Positions 1-11,428 of a DNA stretch of 64,000 nt are shown in pieces. The translations under genes were made by a program, and so were the position numbers. How positions within the stretch are numbered: the first letter of the stretch is position 1; each line of letters starts with the position of its first letter. Under the pieces are notes generated by a model, which had not been told where the DNA came from, did no database searches, and saw only the letters and a list, made by a program, of their open reading frames with translations. This DNA comes from Octopus sinensis (Eukaryota), in assembly GCF_006345805.1 (NCBI RefSeq), contig NC_043008.1:12214001-12278000 (forward strand), given 5' to 3'.

Positions 1-60
1 GGTCAATGTAATCGACATAATTCTCCTCCCCAAGTTAACCTTGTGACAAAAATTTGAAAT

Positions 61-188
61 CATCATCATCATCATCATCATCATTATTATTATTATTATT
101 GTTATTGTTATTATTATTATTATCATTATTATTATTATCATTATTATTATTATTATTATTATTATCATTATTGTTATTATTATCATTA
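61..188. repeat. (CAT)n/(TAT)n trinucleotide microsatellite
   Basis: Directly visible. Confidence 0.95.
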
Positions 189-414
189 CCGGTGCAATGA
201 CCCTTCCAAGACATAGCAAGACTGATCTGACCATACTGTAATCATCCACAAACAACACAGTGGTGACATCACTGCTTTACTCGTTAATTATGCTCCTCGT
301 CAACAGTTCTATTTTCGGGTCTGTATTTGTGCAGGTTGGAAAGCAGATGGGAAGATGTGTACTTAGGAACAGAGAGAAGACATCACATTGGTAACAATAA
401 CAAAATGTTTATTA

Positions 415-795
415 AGGAAGAGAAAGAAAAGATGGAGAGGGAAAGAGGGTGAGAGAGAGAAAGAGGGAGAAAGAGAAAAGAGGGAGAGAGAAAGAAAAAT
501 GAGGGAGAGGGCGTGAGAGAAAAAGATAGAGAGAAAAAGGAGAGAGAAAAAGAGGAAGAGAGAAAGGAAAATGAGAAAGAAAAAGATGGAGAGAGAAAAG
601 GAAGGAGAGAGAGAGAAAGAGGGAAAGAGAGAGAAAAAGAAGTAGAGAGAGAGAAAGAGGGAGAGAAAAAGAAGGAGAGAGAAAAAGAGGAACAGAGAAA
701 GAAGAATGATAGAGAGAAAGAGAAAAACACGGAGGGAGAGAAAAAGATAGAGAGAGAGAGAGAAAGAGGGAGAGAGAGAAAAAGAGGGAGAGAGT
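415..795. repeat. Polypurine GA-rich low-complexity tract
   Basis: About 380 bp almost entirely A/G; explains ORFs 363..845, 383..730 and 513..857. Confidence 0.95.
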
Positions 796-884
796 TGATA
801 AATTTGCATAAAATGCAAATTTATTATACTGACTTTAAAAACCAAATTATAGAATAGAATTCTTTTTCATTTGTAACAACGTAC

Positions 885-980
885 ATATTATATATGTGTG
901 TGTGTGTGTGCACGTACATGGGCATACATATATAAATTTGTGTATGTATATATATATATATATATAGATATATATATATA

Positions 981-1012
<32 letters not shown>

Positions 1013-1061
1013 ATATATATATATACACATATATATATACAAATATATATATATACATATG

Positions 1062-1151
<90 letters not shown>

Positions 1152-1235
1152 TACATATGTATATATACATATATACATATATATATATATATTTGATCAC
1201 ACACACACACAAACACATACACACACATATCTATT
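885..1235. repeat. Compound (TA)n/(CA)n microsatellite
   Basis: Directly visible. Similar tracts at about 3536-4110, 27460-27880, 30780-31330, 31820-32450, 38330-38840, 39570-40010, 56130-56740 and 58565-58910. Confidence 0.95.
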
Positions 1236-1599
1236 TAAATAGGGGAAAAAAAAACCCAGCAGATTGCAATCACAAGGTTATCGAATGAATATATTCTTAA
1301 GGCTGCATTTTCAAAATGCAAGCATTTGTGAACAGAAATGTTGTCAAAATTGTTACCGTTAAAGAGCTGACTTGAATAAATAAAGCGTTAGGTAAATGCA
1401 AAAAGAAAGGAAAACAATGGTTTGGGTTATTTTGGGGTGGCGGGCGGTTGGGGTATTTCAAGAATTATTCTTCCTATAAATACTACAATTTCCATTGATT
1501 CTTTGGCACGTAACACCCACCACTCACCAAAATGGTGTTATCAGCTCATTATCTCATTTCTAAGGTGAAATATCATTTATTCAGTCTTAGAACGATATA

Positions 1600-1650
<51 letters not shown>

Positions 1651-1660
1651 TATATATATA

Positions 1661-1888
1661 TATTTCTTTACTACACACATGGGGCTAAACACAGAGGGGA
1701 CAAACAAGGACAGACAAACGGATTAAGTCGATTATATCGACCCAAGTGCGTAACTGGTACTTAATCTATCGACCCTGAAAGGATGAAGGGCAAACTTGAC
1801 CTCGGCGGAATTTGAACTCAGAACGTAACGGCTGACGAAATACGGCTAAGCATTTCACCCGGTGTGCTAACGTTTCTGCCAGCTCACC
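1661..1888 (-). mobile_element. tRNA-derived SINE family A (resembles octopus OK family)
   Basis: Minus strand GAGCTGGCAGAAACGTTAGCAC...GTTCTGAGTTCAAATTCCGCCGAGGTC...GTAGTAAAGAAAT; more than 10 homologous copies in the window. Family name from memory. Confidence 0.85.
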
Positions 1889-1914
1889 TTATATATATGT
1901 ATATATATATATAT

Positions 1915-2155
1915 AATCATCATCATCATCATCGTCGTTTAGCGTCCGCTTTCCATGCTGGCATGGGTTGGACAGTGCAACTGGGGTCTGGGAAGCCAGA
2001 AGGCTGCATCAAGCCCAGTCTGATCTGGCAGTGTTTCTATGGCTGGATGCCCTTCCTAATACCAACCACTCCATGAGTGTAGTTGGTGCTTTTTATGTGC
2101 CACCGGCACAGGTGCCAGACAAGGCTGACAAACAGCCACGATCGGATGGTGCTTT
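1915..2155 (-). mobile_element. Retroposon family C 3' end with (GAT)n tail
   Basis: GGTATTAGGAAGGGCATCCAGC...GGAAAGCGGACGCTAAACGACGATGATG. Homologues near 7975, 8900, 11395, 12120, 13300, 17380, 22500, 26260, 44870, 49085, 56740 and 57860. Confidence 0.85.
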
Positions 2156-2232
2156 TTAATATATAAACATATGCATGTATACATACATATATGTATATAC
2201 CTTCATATATATGTATATACACATACATATAT

Positions 2233-2530
2233 AGGTACAGGACATCAAAAAAGCTTTGAACACAATGAGAAATAAAAACATAGAAATGAACTTTTTTTGA
2301 GGAACGATAAAACAGAGAAACGGGACATGCAACATAACGAATATTCCCCTTCTTCAGTGTCCCCTGTTTCATCTACTTTCGTTTTCGAAGGCAAGGTCAA
2401 TACGTGACTTCATTGAAACAGTCCTTCCCAGAAAGCAAATTAAATAAGATTTGGGACTTTTTGCGGAGGGTGAAAGTGGTAACAAGAACAGGACAGTTAG
2501 AACAAAACAGTAAAAACAAACGGTGGGGGC
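2233..2530 (-). mobile_element. Possible Penelope-like LTR remnant in a (TA)n tract
   Basis: Non-SINE block flanked by TA repeats; contains CTGAAGAAGGGG on minus, but no complete hammerhead. Confidence 0.3.
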
Positions 2531-2768
2531 TGTTATATATATATATCATGGAGGCACAATGGCCCAATATATATATATATATATATATAAAGGAGATGCC
2601 ATGACCACGTGGTTAGGTTTGGCAAAAGAGACCAATAGAATAAGTTCTAGGCTTACGAAGACTAAGTCCTGGGGTTGATTTGTTTGATTAAAGGGTGGTG
2701 CTGCATGGGCACTTTTACACAGCACAACATGGGCCTTTTTACATGGCACTGCCACAAGTGTTCTACAC

Positions 2769-3054
2769 CAATGCTACTCAAAGTAGTGGTCCACGGACCG
2801 ATGCCAGTGCATGAGCCATGAGCTGCCGGTACACGGCGAGTTTCCAGAAAAGAAAGAAACATAAAATGCTTATGTAATATCGTATTATTTGTTTATGAAA
2901 TAAATATAAAATAAAAAAATTGTCAGCTTTTATTATATTCATTATATATATTGTTTCCAATATAAATTTATATTACTAAGAAATATTACCGGTCTCTGGC
3001 ACATTGGGTAAAAAAACTGCCACTATGCCATATTAGACAGTTTGACAAACACTG
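2769..3054. mobile_element. hAT (Charlie/MER5-like) MITE
   Basis: Ends CAATGCTACTCAAA / TTTGACAAACACTG (10/14 inverted match); flanking 8-mers TTCTACAC and CTTTACAT both fit the NTNTANAN target pattern. Confidence 0.7.
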
Positions 3055-3633
3055 CTTTACATATCTGATCATCACATGTACAATTTAGCTACATCCAATT
3101 TCTACATCTTGCGTAACATCAGAATTTTCTCATTATGGTATCTACTGTAAAAACATCAGGCAAGCAGATAATAATTAGAAGAAATTTTCACCATTACTTC
3201 TATGTCGTGGTAAAACCTGATTTCGATGTAAAACTTATGATCTCTAAAATCAATAAGTCAGGTCTGGTTCAATTAAAATTGAGATGAGGCTAGCCTAACG
3301 TAACAACAGAATCATAAATTATTTTTATTGAATACCATTTACATCAACATTAGAATTATTGGTTAAGTCATATCAGACTAAATGTTTTAGTTGCACTTAA
3401 ACATACTTTATAAGCCAATAGGAGAAGATCAATACCAGCAAAATGGTACTACTTAATATTGTCAAGCTATTTTTAATGGACTCTTTGGTTTGCAGGTAGC
3501 TCGATGGTGAGAATGCAGCATATACGCGAAGGCAAGTGTGTGTGTGTGTGTGTGTATGAATATGTATATATGTATATGTGTGTATGTATATATATATGTA
3601 TGTGTGTATGTGAATATGCATATATGTATGTGT

Positions 3634-3685
<52 letters not shown>

Positions 3686-3902
3686 CACATGTGTGTATAT
3701 GTATGTGTATGTATAGATATATATTATATATATATATATATGTATATATATGTGTATATGCATAAATGTATGTATATGTATATATGTGTGTGTATGTATG
3801 TATATATATGTGCATATGTATAGATATATATATATATTTGTATATATATGTGTATATGTATGTATGTGTATACATGTATACATATATATATCTATATATA
3901 TG

Positions 3903-3938
<36 letters not shown>

Positions 3939-4574
3939 AGCATATATATGCATCTGTACATGTCTACACGTACATATCTATATCTACACATACACACACA
4001 CACACATATATATACATATATATGCATATATATGCATATGTGTGTATGTGAGTGTGTTTGTATGTGTGTGTGTATGTGTGTGTGCGTGTGTGTGTTTATG
4101 TGTGTGTTAATGCTATAAGACATTTTTTGGAAACTTCCAGAGATATGGAATAACAAATTCTTTTTTCAGTGGTGTAACTCAAAGTAGATAAAGTTTTAAA
4201 TGTAGAACATTCAGTTAAAAGAAAACCAAATAAAGAAAATAGAAAAAAGGAAAAAAGCCTTCAGTAGATGAAAATGTTGAAAGTTATATTGAACGGTAGC
4301 ACACTTGTTATGACCACAAAAGCTATGGGTTTGCATCCCATGGCTAGCCTTTGGCATTTTTTCCCAATGTTTTACAAACTGTTGTTTGTAGCTTTATCTG
4401 CTTCAAGTTCCACTGTTAGAAAAGCTCAATAAATATTACTTCCTCTATTATTTGAGAGCAGAGATGCCATATACTACATCCCCCACCCCACAGCTTTATT
4501 TCCCTACCTCAAACCATTCCCATTTCCTATTATTTTCCCCTTCCTACTGTCTCTCCCAGTCACCCCCTTTCTGG

Positions 4575-4775
4575 TGGAGGTACATGGCTTAGTGGTTAAG
4601 GTGTTGGACTCATGATTGTAAAATTGTGATTTCAATTCCTGAACTGAGTGATGTGTTTTATTCTTGAACAAAACACTTCATTTCACATTGCTCCAGCTGG
4701 CAAAAATGAGTGACCCTGTGATAGACCGGTGTCCTGTCCAGGTGGAGAATTTATACAACATAGAAACTGAGAAAC
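4575..4775 (+). mobile_element. Degenerate tRNA-headed SINE with CORE-like and V-domain-like segments
   Basis: TGGCTTAGTGGTTAAG A box, TTCTTGAACAAAACACTT, CCCTGTGATAGACCGGTGTCCTGTCCAGG. Confidence 0.55.
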
Positions 4776-5403
4776 ACCCATGCTAGTGGCATGTAAAAAG
4801 CACCCAACATACTCTGTAAAGTGGTTGGCATTAGGAAGGGCATCCAGCCATAGAAAACAAGTCACAATAGACAATTGGAGTGAGGACGGCTCCCTGGCTG
4901 GACAGCTCCTTTCAAGCCATTCAACCATCATAGAAAATGGACATTAAAATGAGGATGGCACACTTATATTAATGTCATTATTGTTTATTTTCGTGACAGG
5001 GTGTAATAAAAATAATTTATTATCATACAAAAGATGTACTCAATATTTATTGTAAAGTATATATATTTATTATGCATTTACAAGTATAGGAGCGTTTGTT
5101 ACATCACTTCTTTTAAAGCTATACAATGCATGTCTGTGTATGTATTGTATTAAAACGTGCATATAACTATAAAACATATTTATGTCTTATAATTGATTTA
5201 AGGATAATAGACCAGACATAATGATTATAGATAAGAAAAAGAGAAGTTGCTTATTTATTGACCAATCGTGCCTGTTTGATTCCAGGATCTTAGTTCTTTG
5301 CCTGACATGCTAACGATTCTACCAGCTCATTACCACTGCTACTACCATAATAAGGATGATAGCATGCTGGACGAAATGCTTAGCGGTATTTCAACCTGAA
5401 TAA

Positions 5404-5623
5404 GGCGGCGAGCTGGCAGAAACCTTAGCACACTGGACGAAATGCTTAGCTGTATTTCGTCTGCCGCCACTACATTCTGAGTTCAAATTCCACCGAGGTC
5501 AACTTTGCCTTTCATCCTTTCGGGATCGATTAAATAAGTACCAGTTACATACTGGGGTCGATATAATCGACTTAATCCGTTTGTCCTCTCTGTGTTTAAC
5601 CCTTTGTGGGTAGTAAAGAAATT
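5404..5623 (+). mobile_element. SINE family A nested in an older family A copy
   Basis: Full copy flanked by 16-bp direct repeat GGTATTTCAACCTGAA (5385-5400 and 5624-5639). Confidence 0.85.
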
Positions 5624-5857
5624 GGTATTTCAACCTGAAGAAAATTCTAACTGGGCTCCACCGGAAAGTTCATGCACTGATAATCTTGATATGAGGTCCC
5701 CATGTTGCACACATATGGTTGTGATGCATGTGGCTGATGTACTCTTATCACACAGATAGTCATGATGGATATACTGGGCTTCGTATATTTTACCCCAGTG
5801 TCACTTTGATGGCATGTACTGCTCTCTCACTCAACAATAATGATGATGATGATGATG

Positions 5858-5902
<45 letters not shown>

Positions 5903-5967
5903 TTAATAAATCCAATAAAATGCATATATATATCCCCCCATCCCCAGATTTCAGGCCTTGTGCCTAT

Positions 5968-6365
5968 AGGTGCAGGAGTGGCTGTGTAGTAAGAAGCTTG
6001 CTTATGAACCACATGGTTTCGGGCTCAGTCCCACTGCTTGGCACCTTGGGTGTCTTCTACTATAGCCTCAGGCCGACCAAAGCCTTGTGAGTGGGTTTGG
6101 TAGACAGAAACTGAAAGAAGCCCATCGTATATTTGTATATATATATATGTGTGTGCGTGTATGTGTTTGTGTACCCCAACATTGCTTCACAACTGATGCT
6201 GGTGTGTTTACTTCCCTGTAATTTAGCGGTTCTGCAAGAGGGACCGATAGAATAAGTACTAAACTTACAACGAATATGTCCTGGGGTCGATTTGGTTGAC
6301 TAAAGGTAATGCCCCAGCATGGCCACAGTCAAATGACTGAAACAAGTATAAGAGTAAAAGAGAGT
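5968..6365 (+). mobile_element. tRNA-derived CORE-like SINE family B (resembles octopus OR2)
   Basis: GGAGTGGCTGTGT..AAGAAGCTTGCTT head, CCTTGGG..GTGTCTTCTACTATAGCC core, internal (TA/TG)n, TAAAAGAG tail. More than 15 copies in the window. Confidence 0.85.
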
Positions 6366-6416
6366 AAGAGTATAGAAAGAATAAAAATGAAGAGGTTAAG
6401 AGCTGAGAGAGAGGGG

Positions 6417-6447
<31 letters not shown>

Positions 6448-6690
6448 TAATTGGAATAGAGATATGTTAAGAATGATTAAAACAGAGACAAAAGCATAAT
6501 AAAAGTTTTAAAAATTCTAAATAAACAGGGAGATATTTAAAGAAACGGGCAGAGAGACGAGGATGATAGCAAAAAAAAAAAAAATAGGAGAGAGATCATT
6601 TAAAAACAACATGAGGATATAAGATTTCTTTGTCAGACATTTCACGTACATATCTACAAAAGTCATTCATACTTACACAAAAATACTTAC

Positions 6691-6707
6691 AAACATGTAG
6701 TAATGTT
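6691..6707 (-). other. Candidate 17-nt microexon
   Basis: Minus strand: T-run-GCTTATTTTTAG|AACATTACTACATGTTT|GTAAGTA. Motif evidence only. Confidence 0.3.
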
Positions 6708-6990
6708 CTAAAAATAAGCAAAAAAAAAATATGGTTCTCTTACTTTTAATTTTCCTATTGTGTTGATAAACCATCCTTCAAAAATTATCAATAGAGGTGG
6801 AGAAGAATGGAAAAACTAAAAAAATCAAGAAAACGAAGACAAATTATTGATCTTCGTTTTGATTTTCTGGCACTAGTTGCACATGGTTCTGTCAAAATTA
6901 GTGTTATATATCTATATTGTTATTATCATTATTATTATTTTTATTATTATTATTATCATTATTATTATCATTATTATTATTATTATTGTA

Positions 6991-7047
<57 letters not shown>

Positions 7048-8106
7048 CATTTGTTTGCTGGTGGCATAAATTGCCAAGATATGCATAAAAAAAACAAAAA
7101 ATTGAAAATTAAGAAAAAACTCGTTGAAAAATTTCAGGCGTATTGTTGATTTTTAAAGCTTTTAAAATGATGTCAGAATTTTAGAATTTGAAATGTTTGC
7201 TCGGAATCACAGAAAATTTTTCTTCTGTATTTTCGTTGAAGGTTTGTTGAAAGATCTGTGATGCAAAATAATTAGAACTAAAACGAGGAAGTACATGTGA
7301 AGGAGGTGAAGATTGAACTAGATTATGGAAAAAGAAAAAATGTCTATATTTTTCTGTCCTCATTCCACATCACACATAAATTTACCTAATTTTACAAATT
7401 TTAGTGACTGTTTTTTTTGCTTCAGATTCCTGTGTTTTAATTTTTTTTTTTTTTTTTGCTACTGAAATATCATAGTTTAACCAAAAAGTAATCCATCTTT
7501 GACATTTATTATCTGGGTATCTTTACTGCATCTTAACAGTTGTTGTCATCACTCAATTCTCTGTCTCTTACTCTCAGTACAATCTTTGCAACACCACACC
7601 CCCTACACACATACACACACACACCTACACACACACACCCTACACACACACACACAAATACACACACTTATACTTTCTCTCTCCCCACTCATTTCTGCTC
7701 TTCTTCTACCTCAGCACATACTCTTTTACTTGTTTCAGTCATTTGACTGCGGCCATGCTGGAGCACCGCCTTTAGTCAAGCAAATCGACCCCTCAGGAAT
7801 TATTCTTTGTAAGCCTAGTACTTATTCTATCGGTCTCTTTTGCCAAACCACTAAGTTACAGGGACATAAACACACCAGGATCGGTTGTAAAGCAATGTTG
7901 GGCTGGACAAACACAGATACACAAACATATACACATATATACACTTATATATACATATACATACATACTCACAGAGTGGTTGGTGTTAGGAAGGGCATCC
8001 AGCTTTAGAATCATTGCCAGATCAGACTGGGCCTGGTGCAGCCTTCTGGCCTCCCAGACCCCAGTTGAACCGTCCAACCCATGCTAGCATGGAAAGTGGA
8101 TGCTAA

Positions 8107-8138
<32 letters not shown>

Positions 8139-8296
8139 ATACGACGGGCTTCTTTCGGTTTCCATCTACCAAATCCACTCACAAGGCTTTGGTCGGCCTG
8201 AGGCTATAGTAGAAGACACTTGCCCAAGGTGCCATGCAGTGGGACTGAACCCGGAACCATGTGGTTGGTAAACAAGCTACTTACCACACAGCCACT

Positions 8297-8527
8297 AAAA
8301 AGTTCCTGGCATGCTGAAAAGTTCCTGGCATTGGGTAAAAGGAAATACAGGAGGATCAGTTAACTGTGATTTTACTCAACATATTCCCCTCTCAGATTCA
8401 CACACCTATTGCAGCAGCCCTTCAGTTTTTCTAAGCCCTGTAAAAGAACTCAGTAAGTTGGGCCTCCAGCCAGGCCAGTCCTTTCACAAAATCCTTAAAG
8501 CCAGGAACTTTTCAGTACCCCCTTGTA
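8297..8527. mobile_element. Mariner-type MITE
   Basis: CTGAAAAGTTCCTGGC matches inverted GCCAGGAACTTTTCAG; right end reads TACAAGGGGGTACTGAAAAG on minus, similar to mariner TACGAGGG TIRs; related copy at 60429. Confidence 0.75.
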
Positions 8528-9679
8528 GCTCCTAACTGAACATTCTCACCCGCTCTATACCTCTACCTATACCTCTCTATACCTCTATGTAACACCTCTA
8601 TAATAAGGACCAACTTGTACTCACCACCTCTCATTCTTAAACTTCCTCACTTCCTAGTATAAACCTTCTCACCCTCTTTTCACCACCACCTCTCTGTTTT
8701 AGGTTTCATAACCTTGCAAATTGCATAGCAACCTTATTAATGCTGGTGGCATGAAAGCCTTACAGAATATTCTGTTAAGTGGTTGGCATTAGGAAGGACA
8801 ACCATCCATAGAAACCATGCTTAAGCAAGCATCGAAGTACAATGCAGTCCTTGGCTCCTTCTGACCCTGCTAAAACACCCCCACCCCATGCCAGCAAGGA
8901 ACATCATCATCATCATCATCATCATCATCTCCATCGTTTAACGTCCGCTTTCCATGCTAGCATGGGTTGGACAATTTGACTGAGGACTGGTGAACCAGAT
9001 GGCTGCACCAGAATCCAATCTTGATCTGGCAGAGTTTCTACAGCTGAATGCCCTTCCTAACACCAACCACTCCAAGATTGTAGTGGGTGCTTTTATGTGC
9101 CTCCAGCACGAGAGCCAGGCTGGCGGTACTGGCAACAGCCATGCTCAAATGGTGGTTTTTTTATGTGCCACCTGCAGAGGAGTCAGTCCAGCGGCACTGG
9201 CAACGACCTTGTTTGAATGTTCTGTTCACGTGCTAGTAAGGCTACGCAGGTAACGATCATGCTCAAATGGTGCTTTTTACGAGACAACGCCACGGAAGCC
9301 AGATAGCTGCTCTAATGATAACAAGGATGCACTTTTCTGGATAGTTCTTATTTCTTCGCTTGGCAATTCCTATTCTCATCATTCTTATTTCAAGACAACA
9401 AAAGTTGAAATTTGGTAAATTGAAAAAAAATAAAATCTTGTTAAGAAAATAAATTGAAGAATATATTGAATTTTGTTTTCTATTGAGGCAATTCCTGGCA
9501 GTATAATTTGAAAATAAATTCTTCTGATCTTAAACTGAGATGTGTTGTACTGTCAGGTGTATATACAGAAGAACGATAAGACAGAATGAGAAATAATTTC
9601 ATGTAGCACTACCAATAAACAATTGCAGAAGTCTATTTCTGTTAATAAGACAGTGTAATAGAAATTCTTGAAATGAAAG

Positions 9680-10335
9680 GTGGAGAACTGGCAGAAACGT
9701 TAGCATGCCAGGAAAAATGCTTAGCGGTATTTCATCTGCCGCTACATGCTGAGTTCAAATTCCGCTGAAGTTGACTTTGCCTTTCATCCTTTCGGGGTCG
9801 ATAAATTAAGTACCAGTTACGCACTGGGGTTGATGTAATCGACTTAATCCCATTGTCTATCCTTGCTTGTCCCCTCTGTGTTTAGCCTCTTGTGGGCAAT
9901 AAAGAAATAAGAAATGTTAGCATGCCAGGCAAAATGCTTAGTGGTATTTCATCTGTCTTTATGTTCTGAGTTCAGATTCTGCAAGATCGGCTTTGCCTTT
10001 CCCCCTTTCAGGGTTGATAAATTGAGTACCAGTTGCATACTGGGGTTGATCTAATTGACTGGCCGCCTCTACAAAAATTTCGGGCCTTGTGCTTAGAGTA
10101 GAAAATAATATACAAATGTATAAGCTGGCAATGTGGCAGAAATGTTAGCACACTGGGCGAAATGCTTAGTGGTATTTCATGTCTTTACATTCTGAGTTCA
10201 AATTCCGCCGTGGTCGACTTTGCCTTTCATCCTTTCAGGGTCGATAAATTAAGTACCAGTTGCATACTGAGGTTAATCTAATCGGCTGGTCCCCTCCATA
10301 AAAATTTTGGGCCTCATGCCTAGAGTAGAAAAGAA
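9680..10335 (+). mobile_element. Head-to-tail array of 3 family A SINE units
   Basis: Repeated TTAGCA..GAAATGCTTAG..GGTATTTC..CTGAGTTCAAATTC blocks. Confidence 0.8.
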
Positions 10336-10399
10336 ATTCTTGAAATGAGTGGCATACGGTTTGGAAAGCAAACTCTGTTGAATTTTAAGATAGATTTAT

Positions 10400-10463
10400 C
10401 CTCTGCTTTTGTGTATATACATTGAAAAAAACAAGTGTGTATAATTTCTGACTCTCCCTCGTA
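10400..10463 (-). mobile_element. Mariner terminal fragment
   Basis: Minus strand TACGAGGGAGAGTCAGAAATTATACAC, then TA. Confidence 0.55.
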
Positions 10464-10968
10464 TATATGTATGTTTGTTTCTGTCCCCCCAACCACTACT
10501 TGACAGCCAGTGTTGGTTTGTTTACATCCACCATAAGATAGTGGGTTCAGCAAAAGGGAGTAGTAGTGTAAGTTCCATACTTAACAAAAAACAAAAAAAA
10601 AAACTCCTGGGCTTTAAGTCAATCGGCTACACTCTTCAAGGTGTGCTCCAGCATGGCCTTATTCCAATGCCTGAAACAAGTGAAAGACAGGCTGTAATTC
10701 ACTCATTCATTGTATATATGTATATGTTTGTCTCTGTCCACCCTGCCTCACTACTTGACAGCCAGTGTCTCTTTGTTTACATCCACCATAAGATATTGGA
10801 GCCAGCAAAAGAGAGCAGTAGTGTAAGTTCCATATTTAACAAAAAAAAAACCCAGAAAAAAACTCCCAGGCTTTAAATCGATCGGCTACACTCTTCAATG
10901 TGTGCTCCAGCATGACCTGATTCCAATGCCTGAAACAAGTGAAAGACAGGCTGTAATTCACTCATTCA
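10461..10968 (+). repeat. Tandem duplication, about 251-bp period, of a SINE B 3' half plus flank
   Basis: Units start at 10461 and 10712; last 49 bp identical. Confidence 0.9.
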
Positions 10969-11396
10969 ATCTTACTTCCTTTATAAACAATAGTCTTTGA
11001 AAAACTATTATGTATATGTTTTAAAAATCAGTCTCTGTATACTTTTGTCCTTTTGTCTTTTCATATTTTTTTCAACTGCTTTTCTCATAACGTTGTTTAG
11101 TATTTTCTCTCTATTGATCCTTCGTTAGATCATAAAGAAGTTTTTCCATAACATTCATTATGTGCATTTGATGTGTTTTAACTTGAATGCAGCAACTATT
11201 TCCTGAAAATACAAGCTGTATATAATAGCAGTCGGTATGTCATAAGGTACAGCAGCTGTGATAATTAAAACGAAAAAATTGAAAGAATATTACGATGTAA
11301 TTTCAACTCTATTAGAGAGTAGAATTAATACGATTAAGTAGAAGCAGTCTTGTATGTGAAATAATCAAATTACATCTGAAGTTGCGGATTTTGTAG

Positions 11397-11428
<32 letters not shown>

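Noticed and set aside
225-400. ITALLVNYAP...QFYF frame resembling a LINE AP endonuclease, and an FN3-like WEDVYLG frame
   Set aside because: Short, interrupted by stops, and the two readings are mutually exclusive.
2320-2420. CTGAAGA followed by a GGG...CCC stem on minus
   Set aside because: The stem is followed by GTTT rather than GAAA; no closed junction.
7181-7322. Minus-strand ORF VQSSPPSHVLPRF... after a good acceptor
   Set aside because: Short, unrecognised, and two frames are equally plausible.
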